From Ruditapes philippinarum (taxonomy: Eukaryota), in assembly GCF_026571515.1 (NCBI RefSeq), contig NW_026867154.1, positions 310,001 through 374,000 on the forward strand: DNA of 64,000 nucleotides, read 5' to 3'. This document shows positions 54,791 to 64,000 of this stretch, piece by piece. A model generated the notes under the pieces. The model saw nothing but the letters and a program-made list of their open reading frames with translations. It searched no databases and was not told the origin of the DNA. Numbering within the stretch: position 1 is the first letter of the stretch; each line of letters begins with the position of its first letter. Position numbers and translations under genes: made by a program.

Positions 54791-56257
54791 TTATCAGACA
54801 AATCCAGTAAATTATGTAGATGTACATGTAATACTTGTTTTTAACAACAGCGAAGTTTTAACACATTTTTCTTTACCAGTTTTTACAAAATAACTGTTTT
54901 CAATTTTTTAAATAATAGCAGTAAAATAAATGCCAAATCTGTTTTTAAGCAAGAAACGTATTATTAACACATTTTTATGTACATTTATAAACCTTTGGTA
55001 TATATTTATCGTTTTGTAAAAAGACACAAACCTTTTGCGGTTTTAAGCGTGAAGTTGAGCCGGTGCTAGGAAGTGCGCGGATGGTCATGAAACGAAACTG
55101 TTGCTGCAAAACTGTTCATATTTGCTTGATTGCTTTTTTTAAGTTTTCAATTTTAAACATTTAATTATTTATTACATGTATCACCGAGTCTTTGTGTATT
55201 GGATAAACATTTCAATACATATTTATTAGATGCAAAGCCTGGACGTTAGGAATTTTAGTCTACAAGTGTATTTACAAACAAAGAAATGCCAAAAAACAAC
55301 AATTATGTTCATTAATATGCAAAGTAAAAAAATATGTATTTTGTAGTTGTAATTTTGACAGAAAGATGTCGTCATTTGTAGTTTACACAGGATGGTAATT
55401 TATTTTTACATAACATACATGTATAATAATATTATCATTAGATCTGGTAAAGATATTAAAAATTTGTTTCAAATACATTCTGTACATTATCAAATAATGT
55501 ATAAAAACATCACTGATGACGACTTGCATATATAAAATATGATAAACAAGATCAACAAAGAAAGGCGGCGTTCAATGAACGCAGCCCCCACGTGCACACA
55601 ACCCAGCAACAAGGACCAGCGGCCAAGCAATTAAGTGTAAGGTTAACTTTTTTGTACATTTATGCAGTCTAAAATCATCTACACTGTGGAATGCTTGCTA
55701 ACAAAACCTTTGAGTCGACACAAAAAAAAATCAAAACAAAGTTAGTCTAATTTGAAAATTTTGCATTGTAATTATTAATCAATATAAATACTCACCATCG
55801 TAATAGACAAACTGTTACAAACAAAATGAAAAAATAAAAGTTATACTCTAAAAATTGTATTTAAAAAAAAACGGTGGCAAAAATGCTCAAGTTAAGAATA
55901 AAGCAATGATTCGAACATCCAGATGATCCGGATGTCTTATCCCGATACCGGATGATACCTAATTTACAGACTGACAATGTATATTTAAACTACCATATTA
56001 ACCCGGCAATTAAACTTAGTATGCCCTTCAACCTATTGAAAACAAATGACTGATATATTTCCTGTTTGTTAATACAATGAAAAGAAGGAAAATTATGGGT
56101 TTTATTCATTAGGAATATGATATGTTTATAAACAGTTTGTGTAATACTACAAACAATTTGAAAGGATAAACACGGTTGCGAAATTTCATAACTTATAAAA
56201 GGAATTTGAGGCTTAAGTGTGTAAATACGCGCGTTTTTACTAAAATTTCAACCTAAA

Positions 56258-57894
<1,637 letters not shown>

Positions 57895-59349
57895 CTATTC
57901 AACGATTTCCTATTTCTACAATCTTTATATATCTAAAGCATTGTCGTTGTACTTAAAGTTATTTATGACACTCCGGATGTCAATTAAACAATTTTGAGCT
58001 GTATTACAATGCAGAATTATTTTATATATGTCTGTTAAAAATGTACAAATCTTTCCCTGAAAAAAAATGTTTAAGCACGCTATACAGTACATGTTAATTA
58101 CTGTCACCCATGTACATTTGAGTCAGTATATTATTGAAATTTTGTTTATATTTCTGCTCGTTTTTATGCTACAAGCATAGTTATAGTTAACGCACAGCTT
58201 TATTGTATAATATAATTAAAGATCCTGTAACACATTTTTTCATGGTTTTATTTCATATATATGATGCTCAAATTAAGATTTGTCAATATTGTAAGTTTCA
58301 ATAAGTATTATTTATAAAGCTATTACAGAATTTAACATTTCATGTAAATAAAGGGAGGTAATTAGAAATCTATTTTCTATAAATTCTAAGTTAAACTTTC
58401 CAATAAGAAATGAATGCATATAATTTATTGATTAAATATAATGTGCACAAATATTTGCAGTACACATTTTACATATTCTTCGATGTTTGAAACTTGTTTT
58501 ATTTGCATAATTATATACATATATAATTTTTTTGCAAATGTGGTACACACACAATCACAAAACATACAGGATCATTTTGAATAAACCCAATGTGTTTCTG
58601 GTCTAGTATTTTAACAAGAGGGCAATGATGGCAAAGGAGTAGCTTGCAGAACATTGACACAGGGATAGGATAATTGTACTAACTGTAATACTGCCTTCTT
58701 AGTATTTTAGCACATCTTACATTATAGTAGTGCTACATATCTGTATTATTTTAGCTCTATGACAAGCTAAAAAAGATAGTCATATAAATGTTTACTAGCT
58801 TTAAAATCAATTTAACCTATTCATACAAATAGTTATTATATGAAGTTTTAGGTGACTATCAAAATCTTTGGACTTGTTTTATGTGATACTGTTATATCAT
58901 ATGACCAAAATTAAATTATTCATTTTGGTAAATTTTCAAAAATTTTCAATTTCTTTCTCCATGCACAAAATTCCCCTAAACAATCAGATGAAAGGCAAGT
59001 CTTCCTGCTTTCAGCTTTTGTATCTCTACTGGGTGTAGATGTTCATTACAATGCAAAGCAAAGTGTGTTTATTTTAAAGTGTCATCATCTGTAGTTTACA
59101 CAGGATATTTAATTTATGTAACCTTGTTCTTATTGGTCTGTTAGAAGTCTAGATCTGGTATATAGATATTGACCAGGTTGAATTAAGTGATCCAGTTTGT
59201 TTACAAGAATATCACTAAGAGATTAGAGAATGTCTCTTTCTATTGACTTTCATGTGACTGCATCTTGACCAATTGTAACAAGGTGAAATTGTTACTGACA
59301 TAATGCATACAATGTAGGATATTACAACAAATAATGCAACAGCCAATCA

Positions 59350-59605
59350 TCTGGTTAACTAACTGGTAGAGCATTGCACTGTGAATCAGGAGATCAGGGT
59401 TCGATTCCATCACTTACATTGCGATTCATCATGAAATATTTCCTACGGTCATTTGCACTGTATCTCTGCTATGGTATGTACAGCAGTTGTCAGTTCTGGC
59501 AACAAGAAGGCAGACTGCCCAGGAATGATGCTGAACTTTCCTCTTGTTATTTCAAAGTGGCCTACTGCCTTGATAAAGTTTACTAACAACACCACAACAA
59601 CAAAT
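59350..59605 (+). mobile_element. Degraded tRNA-derived SINE (Deu/Nin-like centre)
   Basis: TAACTAACTGGTAGAGCATTG...GGGTTCGATTCC boxes, centre ATCATGAAATATTTCCTACGGTCATT...GCAGTTGTCAGTT, and a (CAA)n tail. Confidence 0.65.
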
Positions 59606-59670
59606 TGAACAATGCAAAAGCCACAATTCTTTCAATTTCTTTTACAAGAATATATTATCATACATATCAG

Positions 59671-60378
59671 AAACAAGAGCCATGTTAACATGGCCATCCG
59701 CCACCAAATTTGTTTGCTCATTTGAACAATGTATATGTAGCAGAGCAAAATAAAAGAGGACTTTTGGTAATGAAAACTGATTGCTGAAGTGATAACAGAT
59801 TTGAAACCTATGTGAATACTGATGGCTGAAAATAACAACGGACAATTACTGAAAAATAATGCAGGGTAGGTTATCATTCTTGTGTGCTACACTCCTCCTC
59901 ATTGATATCTATCCACTTATGAAGTTTCAAGTTGATACCTCTAACACTTTTTGACATAAGCTCCGGACAAAAAGTAAAAAAAAATAACGAAAGACAATAA
60001 CTGAAAAATTATAAAGGGTAGAGTTACCATTCTTGCGCACAGCATTCCTCCTCAATAAGATAAATCCACCTATGAAGTTTCATGTTGACATCTCAAAGAC
60101 TTTTTGAGCCATGCTCCACTCGGGTGAAAAATTAAGTTTGAAAAATAACAAAGGACAATAACTGAAAAATATGCAGGGTAGTGTTATCATTCTTATGCAC
60201 TGCACTCTTCCTCAATATGATCTATCCACCTATGAAGTTTCAAGTTGATACCTCAAATACTTTTTGAGATATGCTCCCGACAAAAATGTGGGATGGAAGG
60301 ACGGTTGAACGAAAGGAAGGACGGACGGACAGAGACTATTTCTTTATCCCACGCCGCCTTTTCGGCAGAGGATAATAA
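59671..60378 (+). mobile_element. Non-autonomous Helentron-like element with three ~155-bp internal repeats
   Basis: AACAAGAGC start, repeats anchored at GAAGTTTC (59921, 60074, 60234), GGAC/GGAA microsatellite, and a 3' hairpin TATCC...GGATA. Confidence 0.75.
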
Positions 60379-60599
60379 GCACTTACTTAAATGTAATTAT
60401 AAATAATCACTTAGTACTTTTTTCTGCTTTATTCGAACACAGAATTGTAACAAGTAATCAAATATATTCTGTTACATTATCAAACATAATCAAAACATCT
60501 CTTAATTTGATATTTCAGAGAAAGGTTACACATTATACACAACAAATTATTTTCATGTACACATAAAACTATAATCAATTATGTCCGTTTTATTAGGTA

Positions 60600-63500
60600 T
60601 CATCTTGATTTTCCTTTTTTCCTCAATTTCATCATTCTGATAACATAGACATGTAGAGCAGGCCACAGTAATGAGATATTCTTCTTGTACCATTCTCTGA
60701 AATATAGAATAGTTTACAATAAACTCTCTGAACACTAAGCAGTGAGGTTGACTTGCCTATGTTACTAACAGACTAAGATACAGAGGATATTGAATGAGTG
60801 TACTTAGATTAATACTGAATTTATTGAACGAGTTGAATAAAATCATATTATGCGAGCCTCTGGCGAGCATAATATAGTTTTATTCAACGAGTTCAATAAA
60901 TTTAGTATTGAATCTGCACGAATATAATATTCTATTTATCACATATATAAAAATAAAAATGGTTAACAGTTGAAATGAGTCATTTTTCATTAACGCGTCT
61001 ATAGTGTAACGCTAACATTAGCGCGCTTTAACGCTATGTTTGTACATAACGCAAATGACGTCATGTCAAAGTGTTATTACACTAGTGTAATATCATTTTT
61101 ATTAAATGGCATTATTACATTACTGCACCGCAGGTTTTTGTGATAAAAGCTGTTATGTTCAATTACATATTTACAGTCTAACCAGACTCTGCACCGTTGA
61201 ATGCTTGTCAACAAAAACTGATCCATATTAAAAAACAAAGTTAGTCTTTTTTGGAAATTATGAGTGGTATCTGTTAAAGAATAGAAACACTCATTTATCA
61301 AGCGTAGTAGACAAAATATTATGTACAACAAAATGAAACGTGCTACAAGAAGTTGTAATAAGACTTCTTAAGAACATTGAATACATTTATCTAAAACTTT
61401 TATATACAAATGTATTTATAAGGAACAGTTAGGTGCTTGTTGAAGTTAATCTGATATACACTGAAAAACACTTTAAACATAATACTTTTCAAAACTGTTT
61501 TCATAAAAATGGTTTTAAGATATCATTCTCAAAATTTCAACAAATGTTATCTGAAGTAGTTTGCCACATTTGTGCACATGATTTCTATAACATAATTCAT
61601 CCATGTGGAATATGCATGCATTCAACTTTCTCTACATGGAAAGTGATCAGAGTGACATATTTGATTTGATTAAAATACAAGAGGGCCATGATGGCCCTGA
61701 GGTCTCTCACCTGTATAAAGGCACCCGGAGCGGGGCCAGTTTAAACCCCAGGGCTTTTATTTGAACAAACTTGGAAGACACCCATTAGAAGATGTTTCAC
61801 GATGTTAAGTTTTTACTACACACATATAATGAAATGACACCCATAAGAAGATGTTTCATGCTAAACATCTAAGCTCTAGCTATTTGGGTTTTTTCAAAGA
61901 AGATTTTTAAGTTTTTGCTATACAAATATAAGGAAAATCAATAACACCCGGGGCGGGGCCAATTTTGACCCCAGGGCTTTTATTTGAACAAACTTGGTAG
62001 ACAATTACTAGAACATGTTTCATGCTTAATATCTAAACTCTAGCTATTTGGGTTTTTTCAAAGAAGATTTTTAAGTTTTTGCTATACAAATATAAGGAAA
62101 ATCAATAACACCCGGGGCAGGGCCAATTTTGACCCCAGGGCTTTTATTTGAACAAACTTGGTAGACACCAATTAGAACATGTTTCATGCTAAATATCTTA
62201 GCTCTAGCTCTTTGAGTTCTTTAAAAGAAGATTTTTTAAGTTTTTACTATATGCATATAGGGAAAATCAATGACCCCCTGGGGTGGGGCCAATTTTGACC
62301 CCAGGGCTTTTATTTGAACAAACTTTGTAGACACTCATTAGAAGATGTTTCATGCTAAATATCTTAGCTCTAGCTCTTTGGGTTCTTTAAAAGAAGATTT
62401 TTTAAGTTTTTACTATATGCATATAGGGAAAATCAAAGACCCCCTTGGGTGGGGCCAATTTTGACCCCAGGGCTTTTATTTGAACAAACTTGGTAGACAC
62501 TCACTAGAAGATGTTTCATGCTAAATATCTTAGCTCTAGCTCTTTGGGTTCTTTAAAAGAAGATATTTTAAGTTTTTACGATATGCATATAAGGAAAATC
62601 AAAGACCCCCTGGGGCGGAACCAATTTTGACCCCAGAGCTTTTATTTGAACAAACTTGGTAGACACTCATTAGAAGATGTTTCATGCCAAATATCTAAGC
62701 TCTAGCTCTTAGGGTTTTTTAAGAGAAGATATTTAAAGTTTTTTCTTTCGGTTGCCATGGCAACCAGAGTTCTGCATGGAATTAATTCTTTGAACAATTT
62801 TTAAAGGTGACCACCAAAGGAACATTCCTGTGAAGTTTGGATGAAATTGGCTTAGTGGTTTATGAGGAGATGTCATTTAAAGTAAAAGTTTACGGATGGA
62901 CGGACGCCGGACGGACGGACGCCGGACGAAAAGCGATCACAAAAGCTCACCCTGTCACTTTGTGACAGATGAGCTAAAATACTGTTTTACATTAGCAACA
63001 ATGAAAATTATGATAAAGAAACATGGTCTTGGAAATGTAAAAAGATTCCAATGCAATTTTACATGCTCCCTTTGCTATCCAAAAACTTTAATGTTGGCTA
63101 TTATTTTATTAATCTTAAATGAATTGTATTCATACCTTGACACAACAACCTATGGACAAGACCTTCAAGTAGACCAGACTTAACATGACCTTGACTAATA
63201 AATGACCTTGACCTTACAGGCCAAATGTTTGTCTTTTACTTGATTTTTGCTGTAAGTGGCTATAACTTTGTTACTTACGTAAGGATCGTCTTCATTCTTT
63301 CACACAACAATCATTTAGACAAGAATTAATAGACCAAATTAATAATGACCTTTGCTCATCAATGACCTTGATCTTGAAGTTCAAATTAATGAATTCTACT
63401 TGATTTTTGTTATAATTAGCTATAACTTACTTATTTATGACTGGAATATTTAATATTTGAACATTACAATTCTTGGATGACAACTTAAAGATGACTAATA

Positions 63501-63760
63501 TGGTTTTGATCATCACTCATCAATGATATTTGAAATCCTTTGAATTTTGTTTAATTTGAAATTTGTTTAACTACAATAAGTAAGGGTATTTCAAATAGAA
63601 TGAATTCTCACTTGTTATATTTGATGTGTGACTTGAAATTATCATCAAGAAATCTTTTGTAAAATTCTGACAGCTCTTCTGGAGTGAGTGATTTAATGCT
63701 TTCATCATTTTCTGTTTGTACCTTCTCTGCTAATCTTCGCTGAATAAATTCCTCCTTTTC
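60600..63760 (-). CDS. COA8: Cytochrome c oxidase assembly factor 8 (APOPT1), last two coding exons 63612-63760 and 60600-60696; 5' part beyond the window
   Basis: Spliced translation EKEEFIQRRLAEKVQTENDESIKSLTPEELSEFYKRFLDDNFKSHIKYNKEWYKKNISLLWPALHVYVIRMMKLRKKGKSR* matches the COA8 signature KEEF...EEMADFYKEFL..N...H..YN.DWYKRN. GT-AG intron, phase 2. Confidence 0.9.
60783..61148 (+). mobile_element. Long-hairpin non-autonomous element in the COA8 intron
   Basis: Palindrome ~60783-60935, apex CGAGCCTCTGGCGAG. TTTATCACA after the hairpin is complementary to the terminal TGTGATAAA. Confidence 0.75.
61676..62979 (+). mobile_element. Non-autonomous Helentron-like element carrying a ~166-bp satellite array (~6 units)
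   Basis: 5' ACAAGAGGGCCATGATGGCCCT...CTCACCTG. Unit anchor GACCCCAG at 61967, 62131, 62297, 62463 and 62629. (GGAC)n microsatellite. 3' AGCTCAC-CTGTCAC-GTGACAG-TGAGCTAAAA hairpin. Confidence 0.88.
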
Positions 63761-64000
63761 CTACAAAGAAAATGTGACAATTGTTATATTAGAAATGACA
63801 GGTCCTGAATTGCTCACCTGAGATAATTTCTTGCTTGAAAAGACCACAAATTTTATTTTTCAATTAATTATGAAGTCAGTAATGAGGTCATATTTGATTA
63901 ATCATTTTTCACTCTATTTTTGAGAAATGAACTCTATTGTTTTTTTTTGTTCTGTTGACAGTTAGATGGCTCCTATCCCTTTTCAGACATGCGGACAGAC

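Overview
AT-rich eukaryotic (metazoan) genomic DNA. The repeat families suggest a bivalve mollusc, which is an inference. The window is dominated by a tandem cluster of calmodulin-family genes. I reconstructed nine spliced calmodulin or calmodulin-like loci by hand, plus one decayed pseudogene. They share one exon plan: ATG-only exon / ~31 / ~144 / ~243 / 29 nt. They range from near-canonical CaM (CaM1, CaM5, CaM6) through linker-remodelled paralogues (CaM2, CaM3, CaM7, CaM8, CaM9) to a highly divergent but intact paralogue (CaM-L4) with all four EF-hand loops degenerate. The CaM numbering is mine, by position. CaM5 appears to lack exon 1 and promoter after a tandem duplication plus deletion. 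An SLC46-family MFS transporter gene (4 coding exons, ~477 aa) interrupts the cluster, and the last two exons of COA8/APOPT1 lie at the right end. Introns and spacers carry tRNA-derived SINEs, MITEs, Helentron-like elements with internal ~155-166 bp satellites, LINE and Academ-like remnants, and five unrelated long-hairpin elements that share a CGAG-stem-loop-CGAG apex. Several stretches (about 0.8-1.2, 2.0-4.9, 27.3-27.4 and 51.8-51.9 kb) look like low-quality base-calling artefact. Most ORFs in the supplied track are spurious or partial exons.
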